Counted from the whole stretch's first letter, positions 40,540 through 49,763 are shown. The stretch: 62,933 bases of DNA, filler included, from an uncultured bacterium (GCA_965372715.1; 4 parts of 4 records of this genome joined end to end with filler, not necessarily neighbours in it); one strand, 5' to 3'. Translations and numbers: made by a program. The notes: generated from the letters alone by a model not told the origin.

Positions 40540-43032
40540 ATGGCTATGTTTAGTGTCAAACATCTAAAACACTCACCGATTCTATGTCTTTTTCTGCTGC
40601 TATCGCCTATATGGCTCTGCCGGAGCATCGGCGCCGAGCCGCTCTTCATCAACTACACCTCTGGCAACCGCCTCAACTGCCTGGCGTTGGGAGACGGGCA
40701 CGTCTGGCTTGGCGCGCAGGGCGGCCTTGTGCGCTTCAACCCGCAAAACCAACAGAGGGTCAAGTTCACGCCCGCTGATTGGCGAGGTACATGTTGCGTA
40801 GCGGAGGTTGTGATCGACTCACGTGGGGTGTTGTGGGCTTCGCACGAAGACCTCATCGGTAACCACGAGCCGGGTGTGGTAGAGTTCGACGGGGTTCAGT
40901 GGCAGTGGCATGAAGCTCTGCCCGAGCCGGGAGTGCCGGCAAAGATCTATGGTCTGGCCGCGGACGAGCTCGGATACGTGTGGTTCCTGTACGGAGGGTA
41001 CGTCGTCCGGTTTGACGGGACTGCATGGCATAGCTGGCGGCCGTATGAGATAGTGAGGGAGCCAATGGTGGGAATCGCTGCTAGACGCGGTCGGGGATGG
41101 GGCGTTGGGTGTAACACGGTCTGCATGTTTGAGGCATTCGATGCAAGCTGCACGGGAACCATCCCGGAGTATGGGGGATGGCGGCACGTTGCGGCTGATC
41201 GGGATGAGCGTGTATGGTTCACGACGTGCAGTAGGTACCTTGTTTACTACGACGGCCAATCCTTCACGACCTTCAACCTCCCGGTGAGTGATGAGTGGGC
41301 TTATGTGACTCTCCTGCGCATTGACGATAAGAACACAAAATGGGTTTTTGGGCGGATCTATGGCGATTGGGACAATCAGGGGGACGCAGCAAGTCTGTCG
41401 CAGGATGGCGTTTGGCAGGTTTACCGGAACGTGTGGCCGTACATCCTGGGTATTGACAGGTTCAGCGATCTGAGATTCGACGCAACGGGCGCCGCCTGGA
41501 CCATCCCTGGCTTTGTGTTAACTGACCAGGATGAGGAGCAGCAGCCTTTCCTCATTCGATATGATGGCCAGGGCCTGGAGTCGTTTTGGGCGTTTGACCC
41601 TGTTGTGGGTACAATTGTAGAGCAGCTGTGCATAGATACCAGCGGAAGTGTGTGGTTTACCTCCAGTCGAACGTGGTATGCACTCCCGCGCTATCTCACG
41701 CGATGGCTTGGTGGCGACTCTGAGATTCTCTGGCCCGGGGAACGGGAACTGCCGGATAGGATCAATTCCATAGCAGCAGCGCCGAACGGCGAGATTTGGT
41801 TCGGGACGGACGAGGGCGCGTATAGGTTCGACGGGCAAGAATGGGATCGGTATCTTACGGGCGAGCGAGTAAGTAAGGTTAAGATAGGCCCAGATGGGCA
41901 AGTTCTTGGCATCTGCTACGTCTCTGATTATGCCCGTGTCGTCAAGCGCTTTGACGGAACTAACTGGGAGACGGAGTACGAACCTGACTGGTCAGGACAG
42001 GAGATAACTGATGTGGCCCTAGACAGCAAGGGCGTGCTTTGGGTGTCCTGTGGTAACGACATTTACTATGGTACACCATACAACTACGCCGGGATTCGCT
42101 CTTGGGACGGCGACAACGAGGGGAAATATGAGACCGGATGTGCGTACCGTGGGATCGCGGTTGACCAAAACGACGTCGTCTGGGCACCCCGCGGCTGGAT
42201 CTGTAAGATCGAAAGTGGCAGCGTTAGCAGACTGTGGTCCGATGATTTGGGCGGATACAGCACGGGAGCTCCTCTTTTTGCCGATAGTCACAACCGCAAG
42301 TGGTGCAAAGCTTACCAAAGCGTACACTCTCGTTACGGGCTTCTGTGTATCGACGAGAATGAAGAAGTCCGCTTCTACTCCACCAGCGACGGTCTCTGTT
42401 CTGGCGAGATCAACGACATAGATGAGGACCCATACGGGAACATCTGGGTCTCGACCGGGCGGGGCATAAGCGTCCTGCTGGAGGAGTCATCTTTCGAGCT
42501 TGATGCTAACGTCGTCGTTGACGACCAGATTCCGGCAACTCTGAACGCATCGACGTCGGTATCGTATCCTGGTCCTCAGACCAGCGCCGACGTCTATGCC
42601 GCCCTTCAGGCGCCGAGCGGGCAGTTGTTCTACGTTGCGGGTCAGGAGGCGGCGCCGCCGTTTCCGATCTTCTATGCGGCGTTCGCTGGCAGCACGGAGT
42701 TCTTGGAGCCGGGGCCTGATTATGAAGGTCCGGGGTCGATCCCGAACACGCCGGACATGAAGGACCTCGCGCCTCCGCCGCTTCCCCTGCCTGACCCGCC
42801 CGACGGCCAGGGCCCGACCGGCCTGGCGCTCTTTGCGTATCCCGTGCCCTACTTCGCCAACGTCCCACTGCCCGCATACGGTTCAATCGAGAACCTCGTC
42901 CTCCTCAACACCGAGCTCCCCGAGGAGGCGCCAACAGGCACATACACGTTCCACGTCGGCATCACCGCCCCCTCCTCAATCTCAAACCTCTATCGCACCG
43001 CGCAAACCACCTTCGGGGTCAGCGCAGAGTGA
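40540..43032 (+). CDS. Secreted beta-propeller protein 3 with conserved C-terminal module
   Basis: AAGGAG RBS, signal peptide, many DxxGxxWxG repeats, YSTSDGLCSGEINDI; same C-terminal module. Confidence 0.85.
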   Translation: MAMFSVKHLKHSPILCLFLLLSPIWLCRSIGAEPLFINYTSGNRLNCLALGDGHVWLGAQGGLVRFNPQNQQRVKFTPADWRGTCCVAEVVIDSRGVLWASHEDLIGNHEPGVVEFDGVQWQWHEALPEPGVPAKIYGLAADELGYVWFLYGGYVVRFDGTAWHSWRPYEIVREPMVGIAARRGRGWGVGCNTVCMFEAFDASCTGTIPEYGGWRHVAADRDERVWFTTCSRYLVYYDGQSFTTFNLPVSDEWAYVTLLRIDDKNTKWVFGRIYGDWDNQGDAASLSQDGVWQVYRNVWPYILGIDRFSDLRFDATGAAWTIPGFVLTDQDEEQQPFLIRYDGQGLESFWAFDPVVGTIVEQLCIDTSGSVWFTSSRTWYALPRYLTRWLGGDSEILWPGERELPDRINSIAAAPNGEIWFGTDEGAYRFDGQEWDRYLTGERVSKVKIGPDGQVLGICYVSDYARVVKRFDGTNWETEYEPDWSGQEITDVALDSKGVLWVSCGNDIYYGTPYNYAGIRSWDGDNEGKYETGCAYRGIAVDQNDVVWAPRGWICKIESGSVSRLWSDDLGGYSTGAPLFADSHNRKWCKAYQSVHSRYGLLCIDENEEVRFYSTSDGLCSGEINDIDEDPYGNIWVSTGRGISVLLEESSFELDANVVVDDQIPATLNASTSVSYPGPQTSADVYAALQAPSGQLFYVAGQEAAPPFPIFYAAFAGSTEFLEPGPDYEGPGSIPNTPDMKDLAPPPLPLPDPPDGQGPTGLALFAYPVPYFANVPLPAYGSIENLVLLNTELPEEAPTGTYTFHVGITAPSSISNLYRTAQTTFGVSAE

Positions 43033-43036
43033 CGTT

Positions 43037-43094
43037 GTAGGGGCGGTGCTTGCCCCGCCCGAAGGCGGACGGGTGCAGCAAGGGGCACCCCTAC
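43037..43094. repeat. GTAG-family REP doublet (REPIN-like)
   Basis: GTAGGGGCGGTGCTTGCCCCGCCC followed by an inverted GGGTGCAGCAAGGGGCACCCCTAC. Confidence 0.85.
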
Positions 43095-43139
43095 AGGCAG
43101 ACTTAGCCCGAATAATTCAAGGCCGTGACTTCGGTCGGT

Positions 43140-43246
43140 GTGGGGCAGGCTTTCCAGCCGCCAAAGACAGGGTCTCGCGCGATAGAGTGTTCCATGTGAG
43201 GGATGCGGCAATCGTTACAAAAGGCAGGCTGGAAAGCCCGCCCCAC
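43140..43246. repeat. GTGG-family REP doublet
   Basis: GTGGGGCAGGCTTTCCAGCCGCC ... GGCAGGCTGGAAAGCCCGCCCCAC inverted pair. Confidence 0.75.
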
Positions 43247-43287
43247 ATCTCATCGCATCCTCAGTTTGTGAATAATACGGGTTAGAT

Positions 43288-44715
43288 CTACCGGCGCTTC
43301 TCGAATAGCAGGTATTTGAGGAAGCCGGCTGCGGTTGAGGCGTAGTATTTGAGGGCCTTCAGGCTATTGATGCGCCTCAGTGTGGCGAGGATGAAGCTCG
43401 GCGAGAAGGAGTAGCGCAGGTAGAACCAGCGCTGGAGCCTGACGAGCTCCTCCGAGGAGAAGTGCTCGGTGCGCCAGGACGGCTGTGTGTGCGTGCAGTC
43501 GAACTTCTCCCAATCCAGCGTCTCAGGCATGTAACCGCCCGCTTCCATCATGTCGTAAAGCTCTGTCCCCGGGAAGGGAGTCACGACGTTGACGACAATG
43601 AAGTCGGGCGCGACGCGCTTGGCCAATTTCAGCGTCATCTTCACCTCGGCAAGCGTCTCGCTGGGGTGGCTGCCAATGATGAAAAACGCCTGCGTTAAGA
43701 GGCCAACTCTCTTCGCGGCATCAAAGGCGGTGGTGATCTGCTCCTGCGTCGTGCGCTTCTTGATCAAGTTCCTTATCCGCTGGCTGCCCGATTCGATGCC
43801 GAAAGCCACTTTCTTGCAGCCGGCGGCCTTCATGTCGGCGAGCATCGGCTCATCGACGGCGTTGACACGCGTGTCGCAATCCCAGGCGATTCCGAGCGAC
43901 GCAAAGCCCTCGAGTATCCTCTCGAGGCGCTTTCTGTTGAGCGTGAACGTGTCGTCATCGATCGTGAAGTGGTCAAAACCGAACTTGCCGATGCAGTCCT
44001 TGACCTCGGCCAGGACGTGCTCCGCGGAGCGGAAGCGGAGCTTGCGCAAGAAGGTGATCTTGGACGCGCAGAACGTGCAATCCTCGGCGCATCCTCGCGA
44101 CGTGAACAAGACGGTCGAGTTGCAGGCAGAATCGCCCACGCCGGGCGTTGTTCCGCTCCGATACAGCTCGAGGTTTAGAAGATGTCTAGCTGGAAACGGT
44201 AGCGCGTCCAGGTCTTTTATCAGCGGCCTTCTCTGTTCGAGGACGACTTCCGAGCCCGTGCGATACGCGACGCCTCGCACGCCGTCCAGCTTCGGGACCT
44301 TGCGGTCAGCGACGCGCCGGCAGACCTCGAGCAGCGTCTCTTCGCCCTCGCCGAACACTGCAACGTCGAACGCCTCGAATTCCTCCAAAGCACGCTGCGG
44401 CATGGCGCTGATATGCGGCCCCCCGGCCACCGTGAGCGTCTCCGGCGAGTGCCTCTTGATGATCCCGGCGAGCCGATTTGCGGCAATAACGGTCGGCGAA
44501 AGGCACGTAAAGCCGACCAGGTCGGGTCCGTAATCCAAGACCCTGGCCGCAAACTCATCGTCGGTCGGGAATGCGATCTCAAAATCAATTATCCTTACCT
44601 CAATGCCATTTGAGAGCAGATATGCGGCGAGTGTCGCGATGTTGATCGGGTGTTGAACGGAGCTTTTTTCGAGGCCGCCCATGATCCTGGGTGGCCTGAC
44701 GATTAGCGCTTTAAT
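43288..44715 (-). CDS. B12-binding radical SAM protein (probable ATT start)
   Basis: GGPH, GEGE, SRGCAEDCTFC, DDDTF, GIESG, TPFPGT; N-terminal strand IKALIVRPP begins at ATT 44715. Confidence 0.9.
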   Translation of the reverse strand: MKALIVRPPRIMGGLEKSSVQHPINIATLAAYLLSNGIEVRIIDFEIAFPTDDEFAARVLDYGPDLVGFTCLSPTVIAANRLAGIIKRHSPETLTVAGGPHISAMPQRALEEFEAFDVAVFGEGEETLLEVCRRVADRKVPKLDGVRGVAYRTGSEVVLEQRRPLIKDLDALPFPARHLLNLELYRSGTTPGVGDSACNSTVLFTSRGCAEDCTFCASKITFLRKLRFRSAEHVLAEVKDCIGKFGFDHFTIDDDTFTLNRKRLERILEGFASLGIAWDCDTRVNAVDEPMLADMKAAGCKKVAFGIESGSQRIRNLIKKRTTQEQITTAFDAAKRVGLLTQAFFIIGSHPSETLAEVKMTLKLAKRVAPDFIVVNVVTPFPGTELYDMMEAGGYMPETLDWEKFDCTHTQPSWRTEHFSSEELVRLQRWFYLRYSFSPSFILATLRRINSLKALKYYASTAAGFLKYLLFEKRR

Positions 44716-44734
44716 GGCTTACTCCGAGTATGAA

Positions 44735-44758
44735 GGGCGGGGCAAGCACCGCCCCTAC
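44735..44758 (-). repeat. GTAG-family REP-like palindrome
   Basis: GGGCGGGGCAAGCACCGCCCCTAC, the reverse complement of the 3607 copy. Confidence 0.85.
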
Positions 44759-44837
44759 AGGACCTATCACGCGTCCTGTAGGCAGATTCTGGACATCGCA
44801 ACACAATTGAAGCGCGCCCCACAACCACGCTCGCGGG

Positions 44838-45215
44838 CTACATCGCGATGGCATCGACCTGGCCGGCGCCGACTATCCTGACCACAACCTCATTTGGCAC
44901 ACAGACTATGATCTGCCCAGCGGCCCGGGCCTTGCCGGTCTTGACGCACAGCTTGTTCGGACAGCAGGAACCCTCGACCCAAACGCAGCCATCCTGACAT
45001 ACGACGGTCGTTTGGCCGAGGGGCCCGAGCGCCTCGTATCTGAAGTTCCGGCTCAGCGGCGTGCGATAAGCGACCTCGCCCCCGGCGACGATCTCCACAT
45101 CCAGCGCAGTCTTTGGCGTCCCTGCGCCCGCCCAGATCATGAATAGCGCTGAGGCGCCAAGCGCCGCGAACACTATGATGTCCCCTGTTCGCACGATCTT
45201 CGTCTTCTCAGACAT
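44838..45215 (-). CDS. NusG domain II-containing (DUF1312-like) membrane-anchored protein
   Basis: GDII TM start, GPLG, SCCPNKLCVKTG, IVCVPNEVVV. Confidence 0.88.
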   Translation of the reverse strand: MSEKTKIVRTGDIIVFAALGASALFMIWAGAGTPKTALDVEIVAGGEVAYRTPLSRNFRYEALGPLGQTTVVCQDGCVWVEGSCCPNKLCVKTGKARAAGQIIVCVPNEVVVRIVGAGQVDAIAM

Positions 45216-45446
45216 CCTTCATATCACCTTTGGTATGCACACTATCCCAGCTAGCGACACGTGGCGCCGGATTTCGTCCAGAAGCCGCCCCTACGGGACT
45301 TCCGCTGTAACCCGCAACAGAACCTCGACGACATGAATTATGGGACTGCCTCTCAGAATTAAGCCGCAAGTTCGATATCCGGCCACGAGGATCATCCAGC
45401 ATTCGAGGCGCCCTATTCATGCCGCGGTTCTTTCGCATAGTCAACA

Positions 45447-47141
45447 TCAGCCCTTCTTCTTCGATACGAGGAAGGCGCCGATGGCGAGGTAGTCGAGGGC
45501 CGTGTTTGTGAACGACGCGAGGGCATGCTTGGGAGCACACACAATTGGCACGCCTCGCTCATTGTACGACGTGTTCATCAGCATAGGCACGCCTGTGAGC
45601 TTGTCAAACTCCTCGAGCAGCCTTCTGTATCGCTGGCCGCGGGAGTTCTTTGGCACCGACTGGACCCTCGCACTGCCGTCCGCGTGAACGACCGACGGGA
45701 CCTTGCTCTTGACCTCATCTTTGAACTGGAAGTTGAGCGTCATGAACGGGCTTGGATACGGATTGTGGAACCATTCCGGCATCCGCTCCTCAAGGACAGC
45801 GGGCGCAAGCGGACGCCAGTGCTCGCGGCCCTTGATGTCGTTGACCACATCCTTCATGTAAGGCTCCATCGGGCTGGCCAGAATGCTCCTTGCGCCGAGC
45901 GCCCTGGGGCCGAACTCCATCCGGCCCTGAAACCACCCCACGGTCTTGTTGTTGGCCAGATGCTTCGCGACTGGCTTTTCGATCTGCTTGTAGTACTTGT
46001 ATTCAATACCGGGCGTCAAGTCGAGCACCATCTTTATATCGTCGTTCGAGTACTCCGGCCCGAGAAACACGTCCTCCATCACGTCCGGCCGCGGCTCGCC
46101 CGAAAGATGCGCGACCCAAATCGCCGCGCCGAGCGCCGCGCCCATGTCCATCGCAGCCGGCTGGATGAAGATGTGGTCAACCATATCGGAATTCAAGAGG
46201 ACCGAGTTCATCACGCAATTGAGCGAGACACCGCCGCCGAGGCACAGATTCCTACATCCCGTCTTGGCGTGCATCAGCCGGGTCATCTCGGTCCCGGCCG
46301 ACTCGAGCCGTTCCTGAAGGGTTGCGGCGATGTCCTTGTGGATGTCCATTATCGGCTGGCCGTCGTCGCGTGCGAACTTCCAGAGCCCACGGAGCGGCTT
46401 GAACTTGATGTCATAGGAATACGGGTAAACCGACATGTATTTGCCAAGCTCCTCCCGCGGCGTGCCATAAGCGGAGAGGCCCATCGTCTTGCCAGCGTCG
46501 AAATAGACGAAGCCGCATATCTGCGAGACGGTTCGATACAAAGTGCCGAGCGACTGATGTGGATGAAACTGCTTGATCGGGATGAGCTCGCCGTCTCTGC
46601 CGTAGTAAAGCGACGTTGGCGATTCGTCCCCGACTCCGTCAGTAACAAAGACATTCGCTCTATCAAAACTGGAGCAATAGTATGCGCTCGCAGCGTGGGC
46701 CAGGTGGTGCTTCACAAAGACGACTTCCTTGAACCGGCGCCTGAGCTCCGCAAAGTAGGCTCTCCGATTCAAGAAAAAGCCGAACGTTGCGCCAGGGATG
46801 ATGTTCATCCCGGGATCGTTCTTGGATTTCTGCTTGAAGGCGCTTTTGATCGACATCTTCTGTATCGCCTCGGAGAAGATGTTGAAGAGCATCCGCATCA
46901 TCGTGAGAGCGTTGACGTCGAAGCTCACAGCAACCGCATCTATCTCGCTTTCGCGCACGCCGAAGTAGTCGAGGAGCCAGTTGACTGAGTAGTTCGGCGG
47001 CTTGCCCATGAGGCAGAAACCGAGGGCGTGCTTCTCACCGGAGAGCCGCTCCTCCTCAACCGCGCCGACCAGTTTGCCATCTTTGAGTAGAACGGCCGAT
47101 GTGTCGTGCAAAAGCTCGTTTATGCCAAGAATATAGCCCAA
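45447..47141 (-). CDS. Carbamoyltransferase (NodU/CmcH/TobZ family)
   Basis: HDTSA, VEEERL, HHLAHAASAY, DGVG, GGVSLNC, GRMEFGPRALGARS, HADGSARVQ, NTSYN. Confidence 0.95.
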   Translation of the reverse strand: MGYILGINELLHDTSAVLLKDGKLVGAVEEERLSGEKHALGFCLMGKPPNYSVNWLLDYFGVRESEIDAVAVSFDVNALTMMRMLFNIFSEAIQKMSIKSAFKQKSKNDPGMNIIPGATFGFFLNRRAYFAELRRRFKEVVFVKHHLAHAASAYYCSSFDRANVFVTDGVGDESPTSLYYGRDGELIPIKQFHPHQSLGTLYRTVSQICGFVYFDAGKTMGLSAYGTPREELGKYMSVYPYSYDIKFKPLRGLWKFARDDGQPIMDIHKDIAATLQERLESAGTEMTRLMHAKTGCRNLCLGGGVSLNCVMNSVLLNSDMVDHIFIQPAAMDMGAALGAAIWVAHLSGEPRPDVMEDVFLGPEYSNDDIKMVLDLTPGIEYKYYKQIEKPVAKHLANNKTVGWFQGRMEFGPRALGARSILASPMEPYMKDVVNDIKGREHWRPLAPAVLEERMPEWFHNPYPSPFMTLNFQFKDEVKSKVPSVVHADGSARVQSVPKNSRGQRYRRLLEEFDKLTGVPMLMNTSYNERGVPIVCAPKHALASFTNTALDYLAIGAFLVSKKKG

Positions 47142-47156
47142 TTGTCCTTACCGGTG

Positions 47157-47197
47157 AGTTTCAAGTTCCAAGTTTCAGGTTTCAAGTTCCAAGTTTG
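47157..47197. repeat. Heptamer tandem repeat
   Basis: AGTTTCA AGTTCCA AGTTTCA GGTTTCA AGTTCCA AGTTTG. Confidence 0.85.
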
Positions 47198-47297
47198 TCC
47201 GCGGTCCGGCCTACGCTGAACCTTATGTTCAGGCCTCAAACGCGAACAGCAAAACGAAAACCACAGGAGGCTCTTCTCCTTGCGTGCCCAAGCATTG

Positions 47298-48260
47298 TCA
47301 GGCGTTCGGCCGTTGCGACAACTCATCAAACTTGGCGTTAATGTATCCCATTATCCGTTCGTGAAGCAAGCTGTTACTGGCCGCGATGCACGATAGTCTC
47401 GTTTCGGGCCCCGAGCCAAGCAAGCGCCTGTCGTCGAGTGGCTCGCCATAAGCATCGGTCATCACAATCCCCGCCTCCTTTGCGATGAGATAGGCTGCGG
47501 CGATATCGTAAGGAAAAAGGCCGAGCACCTGCTTCTGGCCTGCCTCAGACATCCGTTCAACTGAACCGGGCACCTCCTCAACGACGCGGGCGCCAACATC
47601 GACGTAAGCGTCAAACCGACCGAGCACGATCCGAGAAACGGCAAACGTCGTGCTGTTGAGAAGAAAGCAGCCGCCGCGAACCGCCGACGCGTTTATCAGG
47701 TCCCCGATGATACAGAAAATCTCTTTGGCAGGGCGGCCGCAAACCTCGAAGCCCCAAGCCATGTCCTCAAGCCCGCGAGCCACGCTCGGAAACGGGGCCA
47801 CCGCCCGACCTTCCCGCGTTATCGTGGCCCCTCGGCCAGCCCTCGCAGCGAAGACTGTATCGCCTTTCGTCTCCCAAAGGTAGCTAAGGCCGATGTCTTT
47901 GAAGCGCGTCTCCTCTTTCCCAAGGAACTGCGCCACGGCAATCGAGACGCAGGCGGTCTCAAGCCCCGCCCTGAAGGCACGCGAGCCGTCGAGCGCATCA
48001 ACCACAATGACATATTCAGGGCTATCATGCTCGCACACAAAACCCGTGTCCTCAGTGTAAGCCGCGAGGGGAACGGGACACCTCCGCAGCCACTCCTGGA
48101 CCGTCTTCTCGGCCGCAAGATCGACGTTGAAGGACGCATCCCCGCTGTCGGTCAAACCGGACACGGCCCTCATATCGGCGTCATTTGCAGCGGATCGTAT
48201 CCCGGAAAGAATCGCGCCGCCTAGCTCCTCGATCCTCGGGGCAAGCTCCTCTATCTGCAA
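47298..48260 (-). CDS. Inositol monophosphatase / FBPase family protein
   Basis: VDLAAE, TED, VVDALDGS, FDAYVD, YDIAAAYLIAKEAG. Confidence 0.88.
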   Translation of the reverse strand: MQIEELAPRIEELGGAILSGIRSAANDADMRAVSGLTDSGDASFNVDLAAEKTVQEWLRRCPVPLAAYTEDTGFVCEHDSPEYVIVVDALDGSRAFRAGLETACVSIAVAQFLGKEETRFKDIGLSYLWETKGDTVFAARAGRGATITREGRAVAPFPSVARGLEDMAWGFEVCGRPAKEIFCIIGDLINASAVRGGCFLLNSTTFAVSRIVLGRFDAYVDVGARVVEEVPGSVERMSEAGQKQVLGLFPYDIAAAYLIAKEAGIVMTDAYGEPLDDRRLLGSGPETRLSCIAASNSLLHERIMGYINAKFDELSQRPNA

Positions 48261-49372
48261 AACCTCGCGACCTCTTCTGCCATGTCCGTTGTCGAGGCGC
48301 CGCCGCCCATGTCGTAGGTTCGGACCTTGCCCTCGGCGATGACCCTACCCACGGCGTTCTCGATCACCTGCGCCTTCTCGTCCTCCTTTAGATACTCAAG
48401 CATCAGCTTCGCGCTCAGAAGCGCCGCCATCGGGTTCACCTTGTTCATCCCGACGTATTTGGGCGCGGAGCCGTGCGTTGGCTCAAACAGAGCGTAGTCG
48501 TCGCCTATGTTCGCGCTCGACGCGAAACCGAGCCCGCCGACCAGCTGCGCGGAAAGGTCCGAGATTATGTCGCCGAACATATTGCCCGCGCAGAGCACGC
48601 TGTAAATCTGGGGGTTTTTCACCAACCACATGCACATCGCGTCGATATTCGTCTCCCACAGCTCAACATCGGGAAACTGCTCTGCAATTGTTCTCGCCTC
48701 GCTGAGCAGCAGCCCACCGGTCTCGCGCAGGACGTTGGGCTTCTCGACGACGGTCACATTTGGGCGATTGTGCTTCTTGGCGTATTCAAAGGCCTGCGTA
48801 ACGATCGAGCGGCAAGCCTTCCGCGTGAAGAGTCGCACTGTAATGGCTATGTCATCGAGCGGCACGTCGGCGAAGCGGCGCGCCTTGGGCTCGTGCTCAG
48901 CAAAAAGCCGCATGATGTCGGCCGGGACGGGATGAAACTCGATGCCGCTGTAAAGCCCCTCCGTGTTCTCGCGAAAGACGACGATGTCGATGTCGTCGCG
49001 AAGATTCAGCGGATTGCCCTTGAAGGCCTTGCACGGCCGCATGTTGGTGCGCAGATTGAAGAGCTGACGAAGCCTCACGATGGGGCTGAAATAGACGAAG
49101 CCCTTGTCGCGAAGCTCGGGCGCGAGCTCCCTGGCCGCCTCGTCCCGCGGCTTTGAGGTTATCGCGCCGAAAAGGCAGCAGTCCGTGGTCTTGAGCATCT
49201 CGATCGTCCTGTCGGGCAGCGGGTTGCCCTCGTTGCACCAGAACTCCCAGCCAACGTCCCCTGGGACGTATTCCGCGTCGACGCCAAGCGCGTCCAAGAC
49301 GATCTTTGCCGCGTTCAGGACGTCGATCCCAATCCCATCGCCCGGCAGCCAAGCGATCTTATGTTTTGCCAT
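48251..49372 (-). CDS. Isocitrate/isopropylmalate dehydrogenase family protein
   Basis: LPGDGIG, RENTEGLY, NMFGDIISDL, FEPTHGSAPK, NPMA, RTYDMGG. Confidence 0.95.
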   Translation of the reverse strand: MAKHKIAWLPGDGIGIDVLNAAKIVLDALGVDAEYVPGDVGWEFWCNEGNPLPDRTIEMLKTTDCCLFGAITSKPRDEAARELAPELRDKGFVYFSPIVRLRQLFNLRTNMRPCKAFKGNPLNLRDDIDIVVFRENTEGLYSGIEFHPVPADIMRLFAEHEPKARRFADVPLDDIAITVRLFTRKACRSIVTQAFEYAKKHNRPNVTVVEKPNVLRETGGLLLSEARTIAEQFPDVELWETNIDAMCMWLVKNPQIYSVLCAGNMFGDIISDLSAQLVGGLGFASSANIGDDYALFEPTHGSAPKYVGMNKVNPMAALLSAKLMLEYLKEDEKAQVIENAVGRVIAEGKVRTYDMGGGASTTDMAEEVARFCR

Positions 49373-49497
49373 CCTTATCCTCCGAAGGAAAAATGCTATC
49401 GCCTCTTCACTTTCTACGTATAAATCGCCCCGCAGATCACGAGACGAGGGGCAAGTCTCGCATCAAACCACAGAAGGATCAATGCACGATGAAATCC

Positions 49498-49596
49498 TGA
49501 AAAATCAGATTGCTGGACGTGAGCTTAGAGACAGGCCATTTTGGAGTGCGGCGGCTCGACGCCGCTTTGGCTGGCCGCGGCCTGACGCGGCTTGAC
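49498..49596. repeat. Left part of the composite GGAG-family element
   Basis: GAAAAATCAGATTG ... TTTTGGAGTGCGGCGGCTCGACGCCGCTTT matches 19861-19922. Confidence 0.75.
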
Positions 49597-49696
49597 NNNN
49601 NNNNNNNNNNNNNNNNNNNNNNNNNNNNNNNNNNNNNNNNTTAATTAATTAANNNNNNNNNNNNNNNNNNNNNNNNNNNNNNNNNNNNNNNNNNNN
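49597..49696. other. Artificial contig linker
   Basis: N44-TTAATTAATTAA-N44. Confidence 0.99.
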
Positions 49697-49722
49697 TTCT
49701 CTGATGCGACCGAACCTATCAA

Positions 49723-49746
49723 GGGCGGGGCAAGCACCGCCCCTAC
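49723..49746 (-). repeat. GTAG-family REP-like palindrome
   Basis: GGGCGGGGCAAGCACCGCCCCTAC. Confidence 0.85.
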
Positions 49747-49763
49747 GGGCGATTTGCCGCCTC

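Noticed and set aside
36804..43032. Repeated C-terminal regions as a diversity-generating retroelement TR/VR pair
   Set aside because: Differences are not adenine-specific, all copies are coding, and no reverse transcriptase is present
44838..45215. NusG-like antiterminator for the neighbouring cluster
   Set aside because: Only the membrane-anchored domain II-like module is present, with no NGN or KOW domain
28043..46988. Long antisense ORFs (28043-29284, 31202-32023, 43589-44533, 45525-46988 and others)
   Set aside because: Shadows of GC-biased real genes on the opposite strand, with no recognisable motifs
33943..49596. Contig 3 as a circular element because both ends fall in the same repeat family
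   Set aside because: The ends do not overlap, the repeat also occurs on contig 2, and there are no replication or mobility genes; assembly breakage at repeats is simpler
17727..49696. Three identical TTAATTAATTAA motifs flanked by N runs
   Set aside because: Artificial contig linkers; ORFs running through them and cross-join neighbourhoods are not biological
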